Counted from the stretch's first letter, positions 16,861 to 24,877 are shown. The stretch: DNA of 30,561 bases from an uncultured Pseudomonadales bacterium (GCA_964418355.1 CAYQLI010000001.1:1-30561), one strand, 5' to 3'. The notes: generated from the sequence alone by a model not told the origin. Numbers and translations: made by a program.

Positions 16861-17103
16861 ATGGGTATTCTTCTTTGGTTAATATTAGGAGCGTTGGCCG
16901 GTTGGATCGCGGATATGGTGATGGCGAGTTCACACGGTACGCTCGAAGATATAGTTTTAGGCATCATTGGCGCGTTCGTGGGTGGATTTGTGATGAATTT
17001 CTTCGGTTTTTCGGGCGTGACAGGTTTCAACCTATACAGCCTGATAGTAGCCGTGGTTGGGGCGGTGATCCTCATCGCTTTGGGACGTCTATTGCATAAA
17101 TAG
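16861..17103 (+). CDS. GlsB/YeaQ/YmgE family stress-response membrane protein
   Basis: MGILLWLILGALAGWIA...DIVLGIIGAFVGG...SLIVAVVGAVILI; promoter TTGCAC-N17-TATAGT upstream. Confidence 0.92.
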   Translation: MGILLWLILGALAGWIADMVMASSHGTLEDIVLGIIGAFVGGFVMNFFGFSGVTGFNLYSLIVAVVGAVILIALGRLLHK

Positions 17104-17131
17104 AATTATTAAAATTAACAATAAGAAGTAT

Positions 17132-17407
17132 ATGGCAGATCAAAATAAGGGGGGCGTAAATCCGGTAGTGGCCGCAGTTACGGGAGCGGTAGTTGGAGCA
17201 GGCGTGGCAGTGGCCGCTGGGGCGGCGGTTTTAAGTAACAAAGAAGGCCGTAAGAATGTGGAGAACACTTTGGATAAGGTGAGGGATACTGTTGAAGAAA
17301 AGAAGGAGGAAATGGTGGATAAGGCGCAAGATGTCGCCGGGACAGTTCAACATGAGGTCGATCACGCGAAAAAATCCATCGAAAAGGTAGTTGATCAAAT
17401 CAAGTAG
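17132..17407 (+). CDS. YtxH-like small protein (N-terminal Gly/Ala helix, charged tail)
   Basis: AAVTGAVVGAGVAVAAG followed by a K/E/D-rich helical region. Confidence 0.7.
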   Translation: MADQNKGGVNPVVAAVTGAVVGAGVAVAAGAAVLSNKEGRKNVENTLDKVRDTVEEKKEEMVDKAQDVAGTVQHEVDHAKKSIEKVVDQIK

Positions 17408-17416
17408 CTGAGAGAT

Positions 17417-17866
17417 ATGGAAGACCAAAAAACTGAAGAGACGACAACAGTTACCCAACAGACTGCTCCGGCACAGGTGGTCAAGACGACCAAGACGGTC
17501 GTGCCGCCGCCAATAAAAACCGAGCCACCTCAAGAGAGGTATGAATCAAAAAAGGCCATTTTCCGGGCTTACCAAATCATTTACTACATTCTTGGTGTGG
17601 TTGAAGTGCTATTGTTTTTCAGAATTGTTTTGAAGGCGTTCGGAGCCGATCCGTTAAGTGGTTTCGCCTATTTTATTTATGCAGTAAGTGGGCCGTTCGC
17701 AGCGCCTTTTGCCGGCATGTTTAATAACATCGAGCAGGGGCAAAACGTTTTTGAACTGGGGACATTTATCGGTTGTTTTGTCTACCTGGTCGCGGCCATT
17801 GGTTTGGTTTATTTGTTTCAGATGGTCAAACCAACGAGCCCCAAAGAGGTTGAGGAAAATGTTTGA
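17417..17866 (+). CDS. YggT-like membrane protein
   Basis: YYILGVVEVLLFFRIVLKAFGADP...YAVSGPFAAPF pattern, two hydrophobic segments. Confidence 0.75.
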   Translation: MEDQKTEETTTVTQQTAPAQVVKTTKTVVPPPIKTEPPQERYESKKAIFRAYQIIYYILGVVEVLLFFRIVLKAFGADPLSGFAYFIYAVSGPFAAPFAGMFNNIEQGQNVFELGTFIGCFVYLVAAIGLVYLFQMVKPTSPKEVEENV

Positions 17867-17946
17867 CCGTGGACCAAACCGGCAACTGTTTTGAACTGTT
17901 TTGTTTTGTAATGATTAGCCTCATGTGTGACAATCGTTATTGTGAT

Positions 17947-17966
17947 ACTTGGGACCAGACCCAAGT
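17947..17966. terminator. 7-bp stem-loop between convergent genes
   Basis: ACTTGGG-ACCAGA-CCCAAGT, 3 nt past the stop of the 17970-18479 gene; no U tract. Confidence 0.35.
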
Positions 17967-17969
17967 GCC

Positions 17970-18479
17970 TCACATAAAAAATTTTAGGAAGTCTTCGATA
18001 TATGGGTATTCATGATCAGATCGTAATTTGGAGATAATTTGAATATCTGGACTTATTGAATGTATGAGTCTTTCGGCTTCGGCATAACCACCGTGATTAT
18101 CTTCGCTGTTTTGGATACAAAGTATCTTGTCTTTGGGAAAGTCTTTTATTGGTGCATAACGTTTTTCGAACCCTTCTGAGAAATCAGTAATTGGAATACC
18201 GCACAGAATAACTTTGTTGATGGATTGAGGCATCTGACGAAGAATTTCCATGGCTACTGCCGTGCCAATGGATTTGGATAGGATATTGACCGTTTTCCCT
18301 TCGAGTGAGGTGATTATTTTTTGGGCTTCTTTTTCGATCCAGTCAGGTTCGGCGCTGCCGGTTTGCCAATGGTCCCAATAAGCGATCGAAACCGGGCCGA
18401 GTGATTTGAGCCTCTCTTGAGTTTCTTCGGCCCATTGTTTGTTTTTTGGGGAAAATCCGGGAAGGATTACAGTTTCCAT
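17970..18479 (-). CDS. Small alpha/beta hydrolase-fold protein
   Basis: ILPGFS oxyanion segment, SKSIG nucleophile elbow, C-terminal DHEY. Confidence 0.75.
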   Translation of the reverse strand: METVILPGFSPKNKQWAEETQERLKSLGPVSIAYWDHWQTGSAEPDWIEKEAQKIITSLEGKTVNILSKSIGTAVAMEILRQMPQSINKVILCGIPITDFSEGFEKRYAPIKDFPKDKILCIQNSEDNHGGYAEAERLIHSISPDIQIISKLRSDHEYPYIEDFLKFFM

Positions 18480-18539
18480 TTCGTCCCATTATACCCGCCG
18501 ATTCCCCCATTAGCCTCACCAAGCTGGTAAAATGGCTCA

Positions 18540-19007
18540 ATGATTACACGAGATGGGATGCCGTACCGACAAAGTACTTTGGGGATTGTGACCGGTAGCG
18601 ATGGTAAATTTCTGATCGTAAATAAAATGGTATACCAAGATAATCAATGGAGCTTTCCCGGCGGCGGAGTAGACGAAGGGGAAACTCCAGAACAAGCCTT
18701 GAAACGCGAACTGGTAGAAGAACTAATGTCAGATAAATTTGAGGTTGTTGGTCAAAGTCAGAACCCCTATGTTTACGAATGGCCCGACCAAGTAATTGAG
18801 ACGGCCTACAAAAAGAATGGAAAATACTTTCGGGGAACACAACTGACTCAATATTGGGTCAAGTTCATGGGTGAACAAGATGAAGTGAAAGCTGGGGATG
18901 GGGTTAGAACTGTCAAATGGGTTACGCGGGAAGAACTCAAGACACATCTGGTTTTTCCCAATCAGTGGGAAAATGCAGAAAAGGTAATAAAGGAGTTCTC
19001 TAGTTAA
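18540..19007 (+). CDS. Nudix hydrolase, RppH/Ap4A-hydrolase-like
   Basis: FPGGGVDEGETPEQALKRELVEE Nudix box. Confidence 0.9.
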   Translation: MITRDGMPYRQSTLGIVTGSDGKFLIVNKMVYQDNQWSFPGGGVDEGETPEQALKRELVEELMSDKFEVVGQSQNPYVYEWPDQVIETAYKKNGKYFRGTQLTQYWVKFMGEQDEVKAGDGVRTVKWVTREELKTHLVFPNQWENAEKVIKEFSS

Positions 19008-19008
19008 C

Positions 19009-19500
19009 ATGGACGGTGCATCTGTATTTATATTCGATAAGAGTAAGAAAAAGATCCTCTTGGTAAAGAGAAGAGACATTCCGGTTTGGGTCATTCCCGG
19101 CGGAGGCATTGAGAAAGACGAATCTCCAGAAGGAGCAGCAGTCAGAGAAGCCAAGGAGGAATCTGGGTATGACATTAAAATAATCCGAAAAGTGGCTAAA
19201 TATACTCACAAGGGAAGTGGAAAGATTAATCATCTTTTTGAAGCAAGTATGACCGGCGGCGAAGCCAGATTAAGCAATGAATCAAAAGAAGTAGCTTTCT
19301 TTGATCTCAATAACCTGCCAGAGCTTCGTCATCCGTTACTCTCAGAATGGCTTAGGGACCTGGACAAACATTCGAAAAACGTTATCGAGAGAGAAATCCA
19401 AGGAGTAACAATTAAACAGGCGTTGGGACAGTTTCACAAGCATCCAATCGCAGTTATCAGGTTTATTCTGGTTAGATTCGGAATTAGGATCAACACATAA
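19009..19500 (+). CDS. Nudix hydrolase
   Basis: IPGGGIEKDESPEGAAVREAKEESG Nudix box. Confidence 0.9.
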   Translation: MDGASVFIFDKSKKKILLVKRRDIPVWVIPGGGIEKDESPEGAAVREAKEESGYDIKIIRKVAKYTHKGSGKINHLFEASMTGGEARLSNESKEVAFFDLNNLPELRHPLLSEWLRDLDKHSKNVIEREIQGVTIKQALGQFHKHPIAVIRFILVRFGIRINT

Positions 19501-19508
19501 CCTGTTTG

Positions 19509-19517
19509 TGTTACAAT
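19509..19517 (+). promoter_or_regulatory. Extended -10 promoter (TGtTACAAT)
   Basis: TGnTACAAT ending about 7 nt before the aptamer 5' end. Confidence 0.6.
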
Positions 19518-19523
19518 AATTTT

Positions 19524-19623
19524 CAGTCAAGAGGTAGTGAGGGAACTAGCCCGTTATTAACTACCAACAACCGATCCTGAAAAGGACACGGTGCTAAATC
19601 TAGCCCGAAAGGGGGAAGACAAG
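19524..19623 (+). promoter_or_regulatory. SAM-I (S-box)-type riboswitch aptamer, variant P1
   Basis: TCAAGAG; P2 GGTAGT/ACTACC with GA-GGG...CCC; CAACC/GGTG core; loop CTAG complementary to J3/4 CTAG; P4 CCC-GAAA-GGG; P1 GTC/GAC. Confidence 0.85.
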
Positions 19624-19648
19624 CCGTAAGGAAACATGGTTTTTGTTT

Positions 19649-19670
19649 GTCCTCTTTCGGAGGACTTTTT
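19649..19670 (+). terminator. Intrinsic terminator of the riboswitch expression platform
   Basis: GTCCTC-TTTCG-GAGGAC followed by TTTTT, 22 nt before the ATG. Confidence 0.8.
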
Positions 19671-19692
19671 AGTAATTAGGGGCAAACAAACT

Positions 19693-20469
19693 ATGTCTAG
19701 ACCGGAAAAGTTGGAGGGGGGTTTTATCAATCAAGTGTTTCGCGAAGATGGGGTGGTCGCCAAGGAGTTTGGCGGCGAGGCTCTTGTGCGCAAATCTTGC
19801 GAAAATCGTTTACGAAGAGAACGACATGCCTTGGTGCGTTTTGGAGGAAGTCTGGCACCAATATTTTTGGGATTTGATGACGATGGCAGATTGCTTCAAG
19901 AGTTTCTCCCCGGTGGAGTACTGGAAGGTAAGGCAGTCGAGAAGGACTATGTCGATTCTGGTACCCTTCTATCCTCAATCCACTCCCCCGTGGCTTGTAG
20001 TATTGATTACATTCAAAATGCTTTGGAGAAAGCATGGGATAAGTCACGAAAATTGGCGGCAGAAATTATGGAAAATGAGGGGTTGGAATTAACAATATTG
20101 GTGGATTGGGAAAAGGTATCAAAAATGGGAGCAACGAGGGTCCACCGAGACTTCTGGTTTGGGAACATTATCAGAACAAATGACGGGGTGCGCGCGATTG
20201 ATTGGGAGTTTGCCGGAATTGGCAGTCCTTACGAGGATTTGGCGATCGTAGAGCTATGGATTTTTCGGGAATATGAGAGGACCCAGCCCCAGTGTCGCGA
20301 GTGGTTTGTCCGGGGGTACGGAAAAGACTTCGACCAGCTGACGATTATCGAATTTCTGAAAGCGAAATGTGTTGAGTTCCTGGCGACGACGAATCTGGCT
20401 GAATATCTAAACGAGGACGCTGATGGCTTTTACCACAACAAAGTTAAACTATTGAAAGAACTAGTATGA
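19693..20469 (+). CDS. APH/choline-kinase-family small-molecule phosphotransferase
   Basis: GGFINQVF glycine loop, VAKEF lysine, VHRDFWFGNI Brenner motif, AIDWEFAG. Start at MSRPEK. Confidence 0.88.
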   Translation: MSRPEKLEGGFINQVFREDGVVAKEFGGEALVRKSCENRLRRERHALVRFGGSLAPIFLGFDDDGRLLQEFLPGGVLEGKAVEKDYVDSGTLLSSIHSPVACSIDYIQNALEKAWDKSRKLAAEIMENEGLELTILVDWEKVSKMGATRVHRDFWFGNIIRTNDGVRAIDWEFAGIGSPYEDLAIVELWIFREYERTQPQCREWFVRGYGKDFDQLTIIEFLKAKCVEFLATTNLAEYLNEDADGFYHNKVKLLKELV

Positions 20470-21014
20470 GACAACAAAACGGTCACTATCACGCACAAAC
20501 CCTGTATGAGGTTACTGGCTGGAGACACTTTGTCTATTTATGGTGGAGTCTTCTAGCCGCGAGACTATTATCGGCAAAATCGCTGACGGCCCACATGCCC
20601 TTGGAGATCCAACATCCAAGGATCTTTAGAAAAAAGGAGTTGGGAAATAGACTGATCGGCTTTGGTGAATTTTGGAAAAAGATTTTTTCGGTCAAACTAT
20701 ATTGGGAGAATGCGCCATTGCTGATCTATGGAACTTGGAAATTGAAATTTGGGCAGACTGATTGGCGTCTCATGCCGGAAACTATTGACCTGTGTTTGGA
20801 TACCGGTCATCTGATGCAGGGAAGCAAAAACGTGTCGGGGGCAAGAAAAAGAATTGAGAAAATCTTAATAAAACGCGGGGCGATGATAAAGCACCTGCAT
20901 CTGCACGAAAATGATTTGATCCACGACAGTCACTGGCGGCCAAAAAAGATATTGTCCAAAAGATTACTGGGCCGGCTTAAGTCAGGAAGGACTTTTATCT
21001 TTGAGAAAGGATGA
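20466..21014 (+). CDS. Xylose-isomerase/AP-endonuclease-2-like metal TIM-barrel protein, N-terminally short
   Basis: TAHMP, WENAP, CLDTGH, HLHLHEN, DSH, FEKG metal-ligand pattern; ATGA-coupled to the kinase. Confidence 0.7.
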   Translation: MRQQNGHYHAQTLYEVTGWRHFVYLWWSLLAARLLSAKSLTAHMPLEIQHPRIFRKKELGNRLIGFGEFWKKIFSVKLYWENAPLLIYGTWKLKFGQTDWRLMPETIDLCLDTGHLMQGSKNVSGARKRIEKILIKRGAMIKHLHLHENDLIHDSHWRPKKILSKRLLGRLKSGRTFIFEKG

Positions 21015-21045
21015 AAGATTCATCATTTGTGACATAATCAGCTTA

Positions 21046-21561
21046 ATGTTTATGAAACTTTTAGCCTTTTTCTCTGACCAAGATCTGGATAGCAAGCTAC
21101 CGACTCCCGACCGTTCGGGGTATAACGTCCGCCGGGCCGGAAGAGCGGTGCTAACTAATTCGAAGGGAGAAATAGCATTAATGTATGTTGGTAAACATTC
21201 CATGTATAAGCTGCCGGGGGGTGGGATAGAAGAGAATGAAGATATCCATGAAGGACTAAAAAGGGAAATCATGGAAGAAACCGGCTGCCACGCCAACATT
21301 GGTGATGAGGTTGGAATTACGATCGAGATGCGAGACCAATGGAAGTTGGCCCAGATCTCCTATGTTTACCGGGCGGTGGTCACGGAAGAAACAAAAAATT
21401 TTAACTACACTGATGAGGAGATCGAAAGAGGTTTTGCTTTGAAATGGGTCCCCATTTCCGAGGCGATCTCCCTGATGGAGAGTCATACTTCGCCCTCAGA
21501 TTATGATGCTAAGTATATGCAGAAACGGGATCTGACCATCCTCAAGGCGGCTCTAGGATAA
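21046..21561 (+). CDS. Nudix hydrolase
   Basis: LPGGGIEENEDIHEGLKREIMEETG. Start 21046 (7 nt after CATAAT) or 21052. Confidence 0.9.
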   Translation: MFMKLLAFFSDQDLDSKLPTPDRSGYNVRRAGRAVLTNSKGEIALMYVGKHSMYKLPGGGIEENEDIHEGLKREIMEETGCHANIGDEVGITIEMRDQWKLAQISYVYRAVVTEETKNFNYTDEEIERGFALKWVPISEAISLMESHTSPSDYDAKYMQKRDLTILKAALG

Positions 21562-21566
21562 TTGCA

Positions 21567-22541
21567 CTAAAAAATAGCGACCTTTTCTCCGGTTACTGGC
21601 TTGTGGAAATAAATGCCGTCGAATTGAAGGCTCTGCCAGCGAAGCCGCTGTCTGATTTTTTCGGTAAGTTTAGAGATATTTACTTGTGCCTTGTTTTCGA
21701 TGTAGCAAAGGGTGATGTGTGGCTGAAAGTCTCCGGAAATTGGAGAGATGGTATTATTTTTCCTTATCCAATCGTTTAGCTGGTGGATATCATCGCTGAT
21801 CATGGGGACGATAAAAATCGAATAGTATAGGTCTTGATATCCTACTCTAAAGTTAACATCAACTATCGTCGAAGCGCCTTTGCTTTTGATTTTTGTGCCG
21901 GTGTGACGGAATTTTTCGACCAGGTCGGAGTTTTCAACACCATAACAAATGGTGAGATGCGCTTTATCCGCGACATTTCCATTGATAGACGAAATTTCAG
22001 GTGATTTGTAGAGAAGTTCACTGGGGATTTGCTCTGAGATTATCGCCTGTAGCTGGGAACGAGAATCCGGAGCAACTTCGATTTGGACATAACCCGATTC
22101 ATTTAGTTCCTTTAGTCTTTTTTCGATCAGGGGGATCCTGTCTTTTTTACCGGGTCTGTTTTTATAGTGTTCTAGTTCTCTTTCCAACGGATTAACCGGG
22201 ATTCGCACGCCACTAAAATTCAGACTGATTAAATCTCGGGAATTGAAATCAAGTTCGAGGATTTCTATCTCGATATCGTCAATCTTCATCTGAAACTCCA
22301 GAAAGTTTTTTCCGTTTTCGTTATATTCATGAATGGGGGTGGTGACATAATCCTTAAATATTCGTTCGAGTTCTTTTACACTATTTCTTGAAACAAAAAT
22401 GTCTAGGTCTTGTGGTTCGATATCTACACCCCACACCATCAAAGCCCCACTCGCGCCAAGCATCCAACTGATTCCGTTTTCATTGATATTATTTGCCAAA
22501 AAGACTAGGGCGTTGCTCACTTTCTCGGTTTGATCGCTCAT
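21567..22541 (-). CDS. Fusion of a Pol-beta-like nucleotidyltransferase domain and a 2H phosphoesterase domain
   Basis: N-terminal LGASGAL...QDLDI...EIEIL; C-terminal HLTICY and PHITLCY (two HxT motifs). Confidence 0.8.
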   Translation of the reverse strand: MSDQTEKVSNALVFLANNINENGISWMLGASGALMVWGVDIEPQDLDIFVSRNSVKELERIFKDYVTTPIHEYNENGKNFLEFQMKIDDIEIEILELDFNSRDLISLNFSGVRIPVNPLERELEHYKNRPGKKDRIPLIEKRLKELNESGYVQIEVAPDSRSQLQAIISEQIPSELLYKSPEISSINGNVADKAHLTICYGVENSDLVEKFRHTGTKIKSKGASTIVDVNFRVGYQDLYYSIFIVPMISDDIHQLNDWIRKNNTISPISGDFQPHITLCYIENKAQVNISKLTEKIRQRLRWQSLQFDGIYFHKPVTGEKVAIF

Positions 22542-22581
22542 GATTTTGATTCTAACAGTGTGAAAGATATAATGCTCATAG

Positions 22582-23184
22582 GTGAAAAAACAAACAGAGA
22601 TTGAAATCAGAGGGGCATTGGATTTGACTCAGTTCGAAAAACTGAGGTCTTTGTTGTCGAAAAAAGGCTCCGAAATAAAACATTACCGCAGGCTGACCGT
22701 AGATATCTCACCTGGTTTTGACACGGAGACGAGAACTTGGAAGATAGATGACACCGTTGATCTCCGCATAAAGAAATCAGGCGAGGCAGAAAAGATAACT
22801 TTGAAAATTGGTCAATATGCCGGAAAGGAGAGACACGAGATCGAGTTAAATCTTAACGAAGGCGAACTGGCCAAAGCGGCAGAACTGTTTGATCTTTTGG
22901 GTTTTAACAAGGGAATGATCTACTACTGGGAAAGCTGGGAATACTCATATCAGAATTATGAGGTGAAACTAACTAAGATGGCGGAAGATTACTTTGAGTG
23001 GGAAATCGAATCAAAGGATAAAAAGTTTGACCCTCACGTGTTGGCGGAAGAGCTGGGTCTAATTCCTTTTACAGAGGGTGAATTTAAGAAAAGAATTGAC
23101 TGGCAGAATCAGAATATTCACCGGTTGTATTCCCAACCAGAATTAAAGAAGTTAATCAAAACTTTTAGCACGAATCGTAAATGA
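22582..23184 (+). CDS. CYTH-domain protein (class IV adenylate cyclase / triphosphate tunnel family)
   Basis: N-terminal EIEIR (ExExK-like), LRIKK, ITLK, RHEIE, EWEIE. Confidence 0.82.
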   Translation: MKKQTEIEIRGALDLTQFEKLRSLLSKKGSEIKHYRRLTVDISPGFDTETRTWKIDDTVDLRIKKSGEAEKITLKIGQYAGKERHEIELNLNEGELAKAAELFDLLGFNKGMIYYWESWEYSYQNYEVKLTKMAEDYFEWEIESKDKKFDPHVLAEELGLIPFTEGEFKKRIDWQNQNIHRLYSQPELKKLIKTFSTNRK

Positions 23185-23723
23185 AGACAATTCTGTTCGC
23201 CACTAATAACGAGAGGAAGGTCCGGGAGGCAAAAGCGGCGTGCGAGGGGTTCAGCGTTGAAGTCATTCAGGCAAAATTGGAAATTGATGAAATACAATCC
23301 AGTGACCCTCAGAAAATTTCAAAAGCAAAGGCAGAACAAGCTTTTTCTTTGGTGGGGAAACCGGTAGTGGTGACCGATACCTACTGGAAGATTCCGGCTC
23401 TGAATGGGTTTCCCGGAGCGTACATGAAAGAAGTAAACGAATGGCTGTCCCCGGAAGATTTCCTTCAGTTGATGAAAAATAAAGATGACAAGCGAATATC
23501 ATTCACCGAATCGATTACTTATAAGGACGGAGACCAGACTAAAATATTCAGCAAGGAATTTTGGGGGGAATTCGCCGATACCCCAAGGGGGTCGGGTAAT
23601 TCGATCGAGCAGCTGGCCCTGTTCGACGGACAAACTATTGCTGAGAAAAAAGACCAAGGAAAACTAAGTCATGATCCGAAGGATTACGTCTGGTTCGAGT
23701 TTGCCAAATGGTTCAGCAGATAA
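23181..23723 (+). CDS. Divergent HAM1/ITPase-family protein
   Basis: FATNNERK, EIDEIQ, VVTDT, ALNGFPGAY; C-terminal FGxDP and SHR motifs not conserved. Confidence 0.8.
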   Translation: MKTILFATNNERKVREAKAACEGFSVEVIQAKLEIDEIQSSDPQKISKAKAEQAFSLVGKPVVVTDTYWKIPALNGFPGAYMKEVNEWLSPEDFLQLMKNKDDKRISFTESITYKDGDQTKIFSKEFWGEFADTPRGSGNSIEQLALFDGQTIAEKKDQGKLSHDPKDYVWFEFAKWFSR

Positions 23724-24868
23724 TGATGGGCCTGAAAATAGAGGCCGGCGGAGCGGAGGAAGGGGTGTTCCGCTTTGTAAAAGCCTCTATTCACCGGCTC
23801 GCCTGATCTTTCGTAAACTTCAAAGACTTCACCATATTCGACAATCTTTTCGGCAACTTTCCCGAGCACTTGCCTCGCCTCATTAAGACGTCCCACTTTG
23901 GTTAGCGCGAGAGAATATAAAATTCCCGGCTCGAGCCAGAGCATACCTTTGTAATTGTGATAGTCAGGCATTCCAAAGAGATGATGATGAAGCGGCCGGC
24001 GATTCAGCGGATAGGCGGGATAATTCGTTTCCAGAGTAAAGTCGGCGAAACAATATTCTTTGGCGTAACTGAGAATTTTTTCGGCCTGTTGCTGATCGGC
24101 GATGTCCAGAATGACTGCCAATAAATTGGCGTGGGTAGCAAAATAATCCTGCCTTTTGTAGTCATGCCAATCAGAAAAAAAGGCGCCGTTCCAGAATGTT
24201 TGGTTGATCTTTTCTCTGATTAGATCTGCGTGATGGAGGAGACTCACCTCTTTTGTCAGAAATGACTGATCGAAGAGGGCGCGGGCATAGAGAACATTGG
24301 TATAAAGGACCCGGCCGAACTTCGCCGTGGCGTCGGCGTATTCCGAGTAGGGCCATTCCGTAATGAGGCGGTCACCAAAATGGCTGGTGTACCAGGAGAG
24401 ACTGCGGTTGAGAGGTTGTCTCACGGATTGAACAAAATCTTCGTCCCTAGTAATACGAAACAATTCGGCACTGGCAATCGTGGCCAACAAGCCACCATCA
24501 AGGACACAACCGACGCCCCAATTCATCCGGGAGCGGAAGTTGGCCTTAGGAGTTTCAAAATAAGTTGGTCGGCCTTGGTATTTTGAATAGGAGGAAGCGC
24601 TTCTTTGGATGCGAAAAGGTATCAAGCCATCAGAGCGTTGGTATCTGAGCAGAGCCAGAATTGCCTCCTTCCCAATTTCCGTCTGGCCGCTTCTGACGAC
24701 ACCGGGAAGAGCGAGTAGTTCATCACGGGCCCAGATATCTACAAAATGATGACCGCCGGCTTTCAAACCCAGTCCCTCGACATGACAATCAAGAATTGTC
24801 TGAAACGCAATTTCGGTAGCTCTGTCCTCCACCCTTATCTCTTTCGAGCCGGGACATTCTTTTACCAT
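23684..24868 (-). CDS. Six-hairpin (alpha/alpha)6 glycoside hydrolase, GH15/63/100-like
   Basis: DIWARD, LYTNVLYARAL, NQTFWNG, HANLLA, EVFEVYE. Confidence 0.78.
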   Translation of the reverse strand: MVKECPGSKEIRVEDRATEIAFQTILDCHVEGLGLKAGGHHFVDIWARDELLALPGVVRSGQTEIGKEAILALLRYQRSDGLIPFRIQRSASSYSKYQGRPTYFETPKANFRSRMNWGVGCVLDGGLLATIASAELFRITRDEDFVQSVRQPLNRSLSWYTSHFGDRLITEWPYSEYADATAKFGRVLYTNVLYARALFDQSFLTKEVSLLHHADLIREKINQTFWNGAFFSDWHDYKRQDYFATHANLLAVILDIADQQQAEKILSYAKEYCFADFTLETNYPAYPLNRRPLHHHLFGMPDYHNYKGMLWLEPGILYSLALTKVGRLNEARQVLGKVAEKIVEYGEVFEVYERSGEPVNRGFYKAEHPFLRSAGLYFQAHHYLLNHLANSNQT

Positions 24869-24877
24869 AGCCGCATT

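Noticed and set aside
16674-17099. ORF-track proteins overlapping tRNA-Glu and the GlsB/YeaQ gene
   Set aside because: Shadow or alternative-frame ORFs over better-supported features.
17867-17946. AT-rich spacer with AATGATTAGCCTCAT (Fur-like) and TGTGA (CRP-like) words and short ACTGTTTTG repeats
   Set aside because: Poor matches lacking second half-sites, located between convergent genes where an operator is not expected.
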